Below are positions 1 through 7,921 of a stretch of 63,060 nucleotides of DNA, one piece after another. A model generated the notes under the pieces. That model searched no databases, had not been told where the DNA came from, and was given only the letters and a program-made list of their open reading frames with translations. Each line of letters starts with the position of its first letter. Positions within the stretch are counted from its first letter, which is position 1. Source of the stretch: Planctomycetota bacterium (GTDB lineage Bacteria; Planctomycetota; UBA1135; UBA2386); assembly GCA_947501605.1 (NCBI GenBank), contig CANMWZ010000024.1, forward strand, positions 1 through 63,060, given 5' to 3'. Made by a program: the position numbers and the translations under genes.

Positions 1-2
1 AG

Positions 3-1091
3 CGCGCGGTGCGCAGTCTTCAGCAAGAGCGTCGATTCGGGCTGTTGCACCATCGCACGTTGCGGACCGCGAGCAGCGGCGAGAGCGTCCATGAGATGCG
101 CAAGCCGTTCGTGCTCGCATCCGACGATCCCACCCTGCCGGACCTTGCCGTCGTGCCACTGCGGTTGTCGCGCTACGAGCATTTCCGCCTGCAGGATGGC
201 GAGTTGACACTGTCCCAGATGCCGGAGGCCAACGCCCGCACTGCGATCGGCTTCGTGTTCGTCGCCAAGGCCAAGGTCCAGGCGATGCTGCCGCACCTCG
301 AGCGCCTGTTGATGGCGATCGAGCGCCCCGCGTCGCTCGTACTCACGGACGAAGCGCAAGCGGATCTGCAGTCGGATCTGCCCATCGCATGGACTCGGGT
401 CCTGTCGGTCCAACAGGCGCAGCGTTCGCCGTTCATGGTCCGCGAGCGCGGGTGGTGGACGTGGCGCGGCGTCCAGTGCGGCGAGGACGGAGGCAGCGAC
501 TACTTGCGCATTCATCATCTACCGGGTGACACGGTGCAGATCGTCGGTGGCCATGCGCTGCTCGCGCGCACTCGTCCCGGCAAAGGCAGTCTCGCGACGG
601 TTGCGCTGAAGGACCCGACGCCGACGAGCGTCACGGTGCGTGTGCTGCAGAGAAGTCCTCTGCATGCGCCTGCGGTCACGATGGCGACAGCGTTCGACGA
701 GGTGTTTGTCGACGGTCAGTCGTGGGCGAACTACGACGGGCGCACCGTGACGCTGCCCAATCGCGAGGCGACCTACGCGGTGACGACGCGAACTCACAGC
801 GGTGCCGTGGCGCCGCATGTCCTCACCACCGGCGCCGATCTGCAACACTGCACCTTCGATGCCGAAACCAAGGAGCTCGTGTTGGTCGCTGCGGCGGACC
901 CGGAGCGTCCGACGGATCTACCGTTCACCGCGGTGATCGCCGGTCCGATGCCGTCCGGGATCGAGGGCGGGGCGTTTGTCGACGAGCGCGACCTGCGCCA
1001 CCAGGACCCGAGCGTCGCCGCGCGTGTGCGCAGCGCCGGCGTTGTGATCCGCTTCCGCGCTGGCATCGTGCGGGTGAAGTATGACCAATAG
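3..1091 (+). CDS. hypothetical protein, C-terminal part (5' end lies outside the window)
   Basis: Frame is open from the window start, codon usage is GC3-rich, and the stop overlaps the next gene. No family recognised. Confidence 0.75.
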   Translation, partial: RAVRSLQQERRFGLLHHRTLRTASSGESVHEMRKPFVLASDDPTLPDLAVVPLRLSRYEHFRLQDGELTLSQMPEANARTAIGFVFVAKAKVQAMLPHLERLLMAIERPASLVLTDEAQADLQSDLPIAWTRVLSVQQAQRSPFMVRERGWWTWRGVQCGEDGGSDYLRIHHLPGDTVQIVGGHALLARTRPGKGSLATVALKDPTPTSVTVRVLQRSPLHAPAVTMATAFDEVFVDGQSWANYDGRTVTLPNREATYAVTTRTHSGAVAPHVLTTGADLQHCTFDAETKELVLVAAADPERPTDLPFTAVIAGPMPSGIEGGAFVDERDLRHQDPSVAARVRSAGVVIRFRAGIVRVKYDQ

Positions 1092-1632
1092 GATCGTACT
1101 CTCGTGGTCGTGGGCGGCGCTGCCGGTCGGCCTGCTGTTCGTGGCGTTGCCGTGGATCGCTCCCTGGATCGGGGCGGAGCCCGTGGTCCTGCCCGCGACC
1201 TTTGACGGCAAGGCCGAAGTTGCCGCAGCGCTGCGTGAGCGTCTGCTGGCGCACGATGCGGCCTGCGCGCGCGGGGATGTCAACGCCCATGCCGAGATCG
1301 TCTCGGCGGCCTATCGCTCGGCGTTGCAGCGCACGGCGGCCGCGTTCGACCGGGATCTCGACGCGGCGATGCTGCGCTCTGGCAGCGATGGGGATCGAGG
1401 GCTGGCGCAGCTGCTGACGCGGGGAGCGTGTCGCGGTTTCGCCGACGGCGGTCAGGCGTGCCTCGTTGGTCGGGCTGCGGCCGGGCTGCGCGGCAGTTCG
1501 GGTGTGTTGTTCGTCAAGGTCGGCACGGACTTCCGCATCGAACGCGTCGTGCACATGCCCGGCGTCGACCCGAAGGACGAGGCTGCGGTCGCGGCCTTCG
1601 CCCGAGCGTTGCTGTCGTCGAGCGGATCCTGA
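1081..1632 (+). CDS. hypothetical membrane-anchored protein
   Basis: 183 aa with an N-terminal hydrophobic helix (WAALPVGLLFVALPWIAPW). Overlaps the upstream stop. Confidence 0.65.
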   Translation: MTNRIVLSWSWAALPVGLLFVALPWIAPWIGAEPVVLPATFDGKAEVAAALRERLLAHDAACARGDVNAHAEIVSAAYRSALQRTAAAFDRDLDAAMLRSGSDGDRGLAQLLTRGACRGFADGGQACLVGRAAAGLRGSSGVLFVKVGTDFRIERVVHMPGVDPKDEAAVAAFARALLSSSGS

Positions 1633-1690
1633 CTGGGATCGAGCAGGACGGGCTTCCGCGCGAGGCCGATCTTGGCGATGCTCCGTCACC

Positions 1691-2482
1691 ATGTCGGGGT
1701 GTTCCGTTGTCGTTGGCGCTCGGTGTCTGCGCCTTCTGGTGCTCGCCGTGACGCTGGTTGTCAGTCAGGATGCGATCCCAGCGCAGACGCAGAAGCCGGC
1801 GCCACCAACGCCACGCGCCGCGGCCGCTCCGCGCCAGGATCTGAGCGAGGACGTTCGCCGATTTTGCGGGGTCTTCCGCCTCGCCGACGGCGATGAGATC
1901 GAAGTGCGGGCCGACGATACCGGGACCGGGCTCATCGTGATGCCGCTTGGGCCCACTGGGAGCGCGCGCTTCACCGCAGGCAAGCTGCCGGACCAGCGGC
2001 AGGTAGAAGCCCTGCGTCTCGCCGCGGAACGCAGCGTGAACGGTTTGCTGCCGATGCTGACCGGCCGCGGTGAGGTGGATGCAACTGCCTTCGCGAGCCC
2101 AGCCGCAGCGGCCGCAGTCACGAAGCTCCTCGTTGGTTTGGTGCCGCGCCTGGGTTCGGGGCTCGAACTACGCAGTTGCGGCAGCGATCTGGTTGCGCGT
2201 TGGACCTGGGTGCAAGCGCGAGGCGCCCACGCCAGTCTGTGGCTGAAGGTCCAGTGGTCGAGCGCCGGCAAGATCTCGGGCGTGGTCGAGACCAAGGACG
2301 TACCCCCGTCGCGATGGGCGTTCACCGTCGTTCGCCGCGACTGGGCCGTCGTTCATGGTCCGAACGGTTCGAGTGGTAGTGGTGCGACGCTCTCGATCGA
2401 GGGCAGCAATGCCGGCCGCGCGCTGGTGCTGGAGGACAAGGCCGGCCTCGTCGAATGCGTGTGGGTGCGTGACGTGCGTTAG
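1691..2482 (+). CDS. hypothetical secreted protein
   Basis: ATG 1691 is in frame with ORF 1466-2482. Signal-peptide-like N-terminus (RLLVLAVTLVVSQDAIPAQ), Pro-rich linker, then a globular domain. Start approximate. Confidence 0.65.
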   Translation: MSGCSVVVGARCLRLLVLAVTLVVSQDAIPAQTQKPAPPTPRAAAAPRQDLSEDVRRFCGVFRLADGDEIEVRADDTGTGLIVMPLGPTGSARFTAGKLPDQRQVEALRLAAERSVNGLLPMLTGRGEVDATAFASPAAAAAVTKLLVGLVPRLGSGLELRSCGSDLVARWTWVQARGAHASLWLKVQWSSAGKISGVVETKDVPPSRWAFTVVRRDWAVVHGPNGSSGSGATLSIEGSNAGRALVLEDKAGLVECVWVRDVR

Positions 2483-2641
2483 CAGCCACTCCGCCGGGCG
2501 CGGTCTTCTGGGAAGCGCCATCTGCGACACCCGAGAGCGGCTGGCGAGGACCGCCGCCAATCGCTCGAGTCGGCGGTGTGCTGTTTGGTCGCGCCTTTCG
2601 CCGCGTCCACTTTGGGCGTTGGCTCCGCGTCAGTTGGCTGC

Positions 2642-2705
2642 TCACCCCGTGGCGGAGGCCGGTCACCCCGTGGCGGAAGCCGGTCACCCCGTGGCGGGAG
2701 CCGGT
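2642..2705. repeat. 3 x 21-bp tandem repeat TCACCCCGTGGCGG(A/G)(G/A)GCCGG
   Basis: Units at 2642-2662, 2663-2683 and 2684-2704 with 1-2 mismatches. Intergenic. Confidence 0.9.
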
Positions 2706-2808
2706 AGATGCGGCCGGCCGTGGTGACGGGCTTGCCTGCAGCGGTGCTGCGTTGTTCTCTGTGGGACCCTCTCTGGTTCGGCGCGTCGCAGAGGCGCGCT
2801 TGCACTTC

Positions 2809-5235
2809 ATGACCCGTCGTCCCAACAAGCCCGAGCGTCCTTCCCGTCTGACCAAGGCCAAGAACGAGCCCAACGGTGATGAGTTGCCGATGCTCGAGCC
2901 GATCGACGACGGGATGGAGGCGTTGCCTTCGCTAGAACCCCTCGAGTCGCTCGAGTCTGAGCCGGTGTTTCCCGTCAAGGTCGCATGCGCGAGCAGCGAC
3001 GAAGCCGGCTTCGACACCGCAATCGCGATCGAAGTGCCGGACCTCGACAAGAAGCTGATGGTGGAGGCCGTGGCCGCGCCGCTCCAGTACAGCCTCGCGA
3101 ATGGCAAGGCCAACGTGCGGCACCATCGCGTGCTGGTGCGTTTTGCTGGCGACGCGATCATTGGCAGCGCCGTCAAAGAGCGCTGTGGTCAGATCCTCGA
3201 CGTGGCCAAGGCCCGAAAGGTGGTGGTGCGCCGCGGCTACGGCGATGAAGTCCTGTTCGAGCGCGACGCGCCGCGCGCGACCGTCGCAGTCCGTCGCGAC
3301 GGACTTACCACATCGGTCGAGGTCGACACCGGCGAGCTCGAGAGCGACGACCTCTCGATGGCTCTTCAGGGCGACTTGGTGCAGCTGACCAAAGAAGTGA
3401 AGGGCCAGAAGGTGCAGTTCACGTTCCGCGGCGGCGCGAAGCCCGGCCAGGATCTGCGCAACCTGATCGCGCAGATGACGCGCGACGCCGGTGCCCTGAG
3501 GGCGGCGCTGGGGCAGCGCGTGCTGTTCGACCGCGAGCTCGAGGATCGCGTCAAGCTCGAGGCGAAGGGTGACGTTGCGACCGTGCACGTGACGCCCAGT
3601 GCTGTCGACGCCGAGACCGAGGAGTCGCTTGCGATGAAGCTGTCGGCGCTCGGGGACCAACTGCGCGGCAAGGTCGTCCGGGTGTCCTTTGCCTTGGCGC
3701 CGAGTGAAGGCGTGCGCAGTTCGACGCTGCGCTATTGCACTGCCGGGGCGCCGCAGCGGGTCGAAATCCTGCGCGGTAGCGGCGTCGAGGTGGTGTGGCC
3801 ATCGCTGCTAACCGTGGAGGACCGCGGCGCCGAGACGGTGCTCCAGGTCGTGCAGAACGGCCGCGATCGAGCCGCGATGTTGGCGGTGTTCACGGCGGAG
3901 TGTCGCGACTACGCCCCGGTCATTGCCAACAAGAAGGTCCTGGTTGCTTGGCCTCTGGGAATGGTCGTGGACGAAGCGATCGAATCGGCATGCCTGCAGC
4001 CGCTGGTCGCCCAAGGTGCCACCGCCGTCGCCAGTCTGGTTGCCGGCGAGCGCGAGGTGTTTCATCCGGCCGCTGTGTCGGCCTCAGCCGATGGCGCGAC
4101 CCAGGTCGTTTGCGTCAACACCGAGAGCGGCAAGCCGGCAGAGTTGCAGCGCGCATTCGAGCGTTGGTTGCGGCGACACGGGCCGAGCTTGCACAACGCG
4201 ACGGCGCGGTTGTCCTTCCAAGGCGAGGTGCCTCCCTCGCGTTCGCTGGTTCGCGCGCTCGTCGAGCAATTGACGAAGGCGCAGCCAAGTCGTCTCGAGT
4301 TGGCCGACGGCAGTCGCCGCGACGTGGTCCTTCCCTTGCTCTTGAACGTCGCGGGTGATGCCCAGAGTGGTTGGTGTCTCCGAATGGAGCCAGCCGGTCG
4401 CGACGATGCGCAGGTGCAGCAGGCGATCGTGCGCGAGCTTGCCAATCTCACCGACCTCGGTGGTGCTGCTGTCACGGTTCTGCCATCAGCATTGCAGGAC
4501 GCGTTGATTCACGAGTTGGTGAAGCTCGCGGTGGGTTCTGTCGTGGTTGGTGGTGCCAACCCAGTTCAGGTCTATCCGGGGCTGCTGATGCCGTTGCGCC
4601 AGAAGGGCGGCCTCGGACTGCTGGCGCAGCCGACCGGCGATGCGGCCCTCTCGGTGCGCATGATCGAGCGCGAGTTGCCGCTGATCGAGAAGCGCGACGG
4701 CCCGATCGCGGGACAGATCGTCGAAGTTGCTTGGGCAGGTGCCGGGGCGGCAACAGAACCGTTTGCGACGCTGCTGCGGGCGCTGATTGCGCGCGGCGCG
4801 AAGCAGGTGTTCCTTCGCGACGGCCAAGACCACAGTTCCGGGCGCCGGACGCAAGTGCATCCGGAGATCGTCCCGGAGTTCGTGACCGTGCTGGGCCGCA
4901 AGGACGACGCCGTGCCGCCGCTGTTGATGCTGGGTATCGGCCTCGACGACGCTGCGGGCCACGAGGAGCGCCTACTGCAAGCCCTCGAGGGCCGCAGCGA
5001 GTTGCTCGTTGGCCGTCGCGTGCTCCTCGTGGGGCGGCGCGAAGGCGTGGATGTCCCGTTCGTCGGCGACGGGAAGCTCGTTCTGTCCGTGCGAGACAGG
5101 ATCGCAGCCGCGGCGGCGGCGACATTGGTGTTTGCGGGCAAGGACCGAAGTGGTCGCAGCTACTTCACGGTCGCGCAAAGCACCATCGCGGGGCTCGCGG
5201 TGGGCGCATCGTTTGCCGATCCCCGACCGCGTTGA
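2809..5235 (+). CDS. hypothetical protein with about 8 tandem ~90-aa STAS-like repeats
   Basis: 808 aa from ATG 2809. Repeated beta-beta-alpha-beta-alpha-beta pattern ending in V(L/V)(F/W/Y/H)(E/D/P). Confidence 0.8.
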   Translation: MTRRPNKPERPSRLTKAKNEPNGDELPMLEPIDDGMEALPSLEPLESLESEPVFPVKVACASSDEAGFDTAIAIEVPDLDKKLMVEAVAAPLQYSLANGKANVRHHRVLVRFAGDAIIGSAVKERCGQILDVAKARKVVVRRGYGDEVLFERDAPRATVAVRRDGLTTSVEVDTGELESDDLSMALQGDLVQLTKEVKGQKVQFTFRGGAKPGQDLRNLIAQMTRDAGALRAALGQRVLFDRELEDRVKLEAKGDVATVHVTPSAVDAETEESLAMKLSALGDQLRGKVVRVSFALAPSEGVRSSTLRYCTAGAPQRVEILRGSGVEVVWPSLLTVEDRGAETVLQVVQNGRDRAAMLAVFTAECRDYAPVIANKKVLVAWPLGMVVDEAIESACLQPLVAQGATAVASLVAGEREVFHPAAVSASADGATQVVCVNTESGKPAELQRAFERWLRRHGPSLHNATARLSFQGEVPPSRSLVRALVEQLTKAQPSRLELADGSRRDVVLPLLLNVAGDAQSGWCLRMEPAGRDDAQVQQAIVRELANLTDLGGAAVTVLPSALQDALIHELVKLAVGSVVVGGANPVQVYPGLLMPLRQKGGLGLLAQPTGDAALSVRMIERELPLIEKRDGPIAGQIVEVAWAGAGAATEPFATLLRALIARGAKQVFLRDGQDHSSGRRTQVHPEIVPEFVTVLGRKDDAVPPLLMLGIGLDDAAGHEERLLQALEGRSELLVGRRVLLVGRREGVDVPFVGDGKLVLSVRDRIAAAAAATLVFAGKDRSGRSYFTVAQSTIAGLAVGASFADPRPR

Positions 5236-5465
5236 CCGGTGAGCCCGCGCGGGGCGTTGCCCGAGGAAGCCCGCGACCCCGTTGCTCGAGATGGCTCGGT
5301 GCGGCGGGCTCAAGGGTGGTGGTGTGCTTGCCCGACACGGGCTCGGTCGGGCGCACTGTGCCGTTCTGCGTGCACGGCGGCATGCAGAACGCCACCTCGC
5401 CCGCACCTCCCGCTCTCGGGGTGATCCGCAGAAGACCCCGACCGGAACTCGTCACCGAGGAGCGG

Positions 5466-6368
5466 CTAGCGGAGCCCGCGCAGCGCGTTGGCGTAGCCGG
5501 AATAGAACGACAGGATCGCGGTTGCGGCGGTGAGGACGCCGAGGGCGTAGGCGGCGGCTCCGATCGCTTTGGCAAGCGCCGTGGTCTTGCGTTTGGTGGT
5601 GTCGCGCCGGCGCTGGATCGCGCGCTGCAGCGCCTCCTCGAGCGTTCCGCTGTGCTCGCCCAAGGCTAGCAAGGTCAGCGTCTCGGCGTCGACTGCGAGC
5701 GTTTGCAGGAGGGACTCGTGGAGCCCGCGGCCTTGCTGTAGCAGCGCGTCGGCGAGCTGCAGCCGGTCGCGCACGGCGCCCACGCCGCTGGCGCTGACCG
5801 CGCGCGGGTTGGCTTGCAGCAGCGGCACCCCCGAGGCATAGAGGCTATGGAGCACTTCGAGGTAGGGGAGCTCGCCGAGTTCGCGGATCAGCGGACCGAT
5901 CAGCGGCAATGACAGCGCGCGGGGGCTGCCGTTGGCGATCGCATGTCGGAGCCACAGGGTGAATGCCGCGATCGTGGCCACTACCGCACCCACGACCCAT
6001 GGCAGCCAGTGAGCCCCGAGTTTGGCAGCGATCAAGGAGACCAGGGTTGCGAGAAATAGCAGCAGGGCCGGATACCGAAGCGAGGCGATCACCGTCCGGG
6101 CGAACTCCGCCTGCTGTTCGCGCTGGTCCGCAAGTCGAAGCAAGGCGGCCGGCGATCGGCCTGTCTGCCACGAGGCGACCAAGACCGTTTCCTCGATGGC
6201 GTCGAGCTTCACGCCGCGACGAGGCAGCAGTTGCACCAACTGCCGATCGCCATCGTGCGGGTCCCCGCCGTAGCTGGGCGGGGGGAGACCGGCATCGATC
6301 GCCGACGCGAGATCGCGCATCGCCAGGGCCGCGCGTTCGTCGCGCTTGGGTTGGAGTCGGAACAACAT
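5466..6368 (-). CDS. type II secretion F / PilC-like inner membrane platform protein
   Basis: Two T2SSF-like domains (LASAIDAGLP...; LYASGVPLLQA...LLALGEHSGTLEEAL), LRYPALL motif, three TM segments. Confidence 0.85.
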   Translation of the reverse strand: MLFRLQPKRDERAALAMRDLASAIDAGLPPPSYGGDPHDGDRQLVQLLPRRGVKLDAIEETVLVASWQTGRSPAALLRLADQREQQAEFARTVIASLRYPALLLFLATLVSLIAAKLGAHWLPWVVGAVVATIAAFTLWLRHAIANGSPRALSLPLIGPLIRELGELPYLEVLHSLYASGVPLLQANPRAVSASGVGAVRDRLQLADALLQQGRGLHESLLQTLAVDAETLTLLALGEHSGTLEEALQRAIQRRRDTTKRKTTALAKAIGAAAYALGVLTAATAILSFYSGYANALRGLR

Positions 6369-6428
6369 CGTGGGGTTTGGTGTGCGGGGGTTTTCCGACG
6401 TACGCCAGGCTGTGGTATTGCCGTGAAC

Positions 6429-6911
6429 ATGACAACGCAACCGCCACACGATCCGATTGCAGCCGCCGGTGCTCAGTCACCGCCCGATGCCGATGAGGCG
6501 ATGGTACGGATCGGGGCCGTGTCGGCGCGGTTGCTTGCAGGCGCGGTGAGCAAGCGCACGATGGAGGCGCTACAGCGGACCGTGCACGCAAGCCCAAACG
6601 AGTACCCTTGGCAGGTGGTGAACCAAGTGGTGCTGGCCGAGCCTTGCGATGCGCAGGATCTGGCGCAGCGAGCCCTGCGGGCCCAGCGCGATTGGGTGCT
6701 GCGCGGCGGTCGGGAGAACCCGGGGAAACCTCTTGGGCTCAAGGCGAAGACCGTCGTGGCCAAGCTCGTGGCGCAGGCCCTTTTCCTCTCCCTCTTCACC
6801 GCGACCGTTCTGCTCTTGCTTCTGCTGGTGAAGCACAAATGGCCGGAGCTGACCATCTACGCTGCCCTCGACTGGTGCTATTCCGTCTTCCCGAACCTTG
6901 TCCCCAAGTAG
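6429..6911 (+). CDS. hypothetical membrane protein
   Basis: 160 aa from ATG 6429 with a C-terminal TM helix (ALFLSLFTATVLLLLLLV). Divergent from the T2SSF gene. Confidence 0.7.
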   Translation: MTTQPPHDPIAAAGAQSPPDADEAMVRIGAVSARLLAGAVSKRTMEALQRTVHASPNEYPWQVVNQVVLAEPCDAQDLAQRALRAQRDWVLRGGRENPGKPLGLKAKTVVAKLVAQALFLSLFTATVLLLLLLVKHKWPELTIYAALDWCYSVFPNLVPK

Positions 6912-6934
6912 GGGAAAGATTTGATGGGAGAGTG

Positions 6935-6962
6935 TTGAAATCTCCTGCGGTGTAGGCATACT
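6935..6962 (+). promoter_or_regulatory. putative sigma70 promoter
   Basis: TTGAAA (6935-6940), 16-nt spacer, CATACT (6957-6962) in a locally AT-richer intergenic patch. Confidence 0.5.
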
Positions 6963-6965
6963 CAC

Positions 6966-7257
6966 CAGCCTGGATTGCGCGTGACGCCGGCTAGCCTGGT
7001 TGACGCTGCGCGCGAGCCGGGTGGGTTGCAGCGCAAGCTGCGACCTGCGAAACGCTCTATGTCAAAGACTGGCCTTTCTGACCAAAAGGCCAGGTCGGTA
7101 GCCGAGGTTCGCTTCGGTGGCCGATCTAGCAGACACAAGAAGGGTTGAGGCTGTGTGGTGGAGACCAGTATCCCCCTCCCTAACCGCCCTCTCCATCGCG
7201 TAGCCTCGCCCGCATTCACGGGCCTCAGTTCTGACCGGCTGAGGCCCGACTTTTTTT
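6966..7257 (+). ncRNA. candidate structured ncRNA or cis-regulatory leader (family not recognised)
   Basis: Lies in a 400-bp intergenic gap, bounded by the promoter and an intrinsic terminator. Hairpins with a GCAA loop (7024-7045), a CUGACCA loop (7069-7093) and a UUCG loop (7093-7126). Confidence 0.55.
7219..7257 (+). terminator. intrinsic (rho-independent) terminator
   Basis: Stem CGGGCCTCAG/CTGAGGCCCG followed by AC and T7. Confidence 0.85.
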
Positions 7258-7312
7258 CTGCGGCCCTTCACGGTTAAGGTCCGGCGACCGCTGTCGAAGC
7301 GGCTGCGAATTC

Positions 7313-7918
7313 ATGACTACACCAGGCTTTCGAAAGGGTCGGTCTTCGGGCGGTCGGGGGCCGGCGGCGCGCGACGGCGGCGAAGGCTTCGTCAGCAGTT
7401 CGCTCTTCAGTCAGGCGCAGATCCTGCACTTGATGAAGACTGAGTTCGCCCGCTCTCGGCGCCATGGCTTTCCGCTCGGCTGCATGTTGCTCCAGGTCGA
7501 TCGGGTCACCCAGCTGATCGATCTCTACGGTGCGGACCTGCGTCAGACCCTGCGCCAGACCCTGAGCCAGATGGTGCGCGAGAAGACGCGCGGTGCCGAC
7601 CTGATGGGCCTCATCAACGAGGACCGCTACATGTTGGTTCTGCCCCACACCGCGTTGGAGCCCACGCGGGTTGTGGCCGACCGCCTGCACACGTTGTTCC
7701 GCGAGTACGAGGTGTCCGTCGATGGTCGCGCACTCGATCTGACCGTCAGCGTCGGCTTGTCGGCGACCGGCCAGAGCGAGGCGATGTTCTTCGATACGTT
7801 GGTTGGTCAAGCCGAGGCGGCGCTCGACTTCGCGATCGAGCGCGGCGGCAATCGCATTGCCTCGTTCGGCGAAACCCAACTGCTAGGCAACGACCCAACG
7901 CGCGAGCCCGGTTCCTGA
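7313..7918 (+). CDS. stand-alone degenerate GGDEF-domain protein (probable c-di-GMP receptor)
   Basis: GGDEF fold motifs (EFARSRRHG.PL, LTVSVGL, AEAALDFAIERGGNR). The active site reads NEDRY, while the I-site RxxD (RGAD) is intact. Confidence 0.85.
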   Translation: MTTPGFRKGRSSGGRGPAARDGGEGFVSSSLFSQAQILHLMKTEFARSRRHGFPLGCMLLQVDRVTQLIDLYGADLRQTLRQTLSQMVREKTRGADLMGLINEDRYMLVLPHTALEPTRVVADRLHTLFREYEVSVDGRALDLTVSVGLSATGQSEAMFFDTLVGQAEAALDFAIERGGNRIASFGETQLLGNDPTREPGS

Positions 7919-7921
7919 TCC

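Noticed and set aside
2642..2705. Mini CRISPR array
   Set aside because: The repeats are contiguous with no spacers, and there are no cas genes. The same applies to 23921-23985 and 59395-59442.
7020..7130. c-di-GMP-I riboswitch, SRP, RNase P or tmRNA identity for the intergenic RNA
   Set aside because: Lacks the GGCAAA...GACGCAAAGC, CAGG-GGAA-AGCA, GAGGAAAGUCC and tRNA-like end signatures.
7059..7148. 29-aa small ORF MSKTGLSDQKARSVAEVRFGGRSSRHKKG inside the candidate RNA
   Set aside because: No SD, atypical codon usage, and it runs through stable hairpins. It cannot be fully excluded without ribosome profiling.
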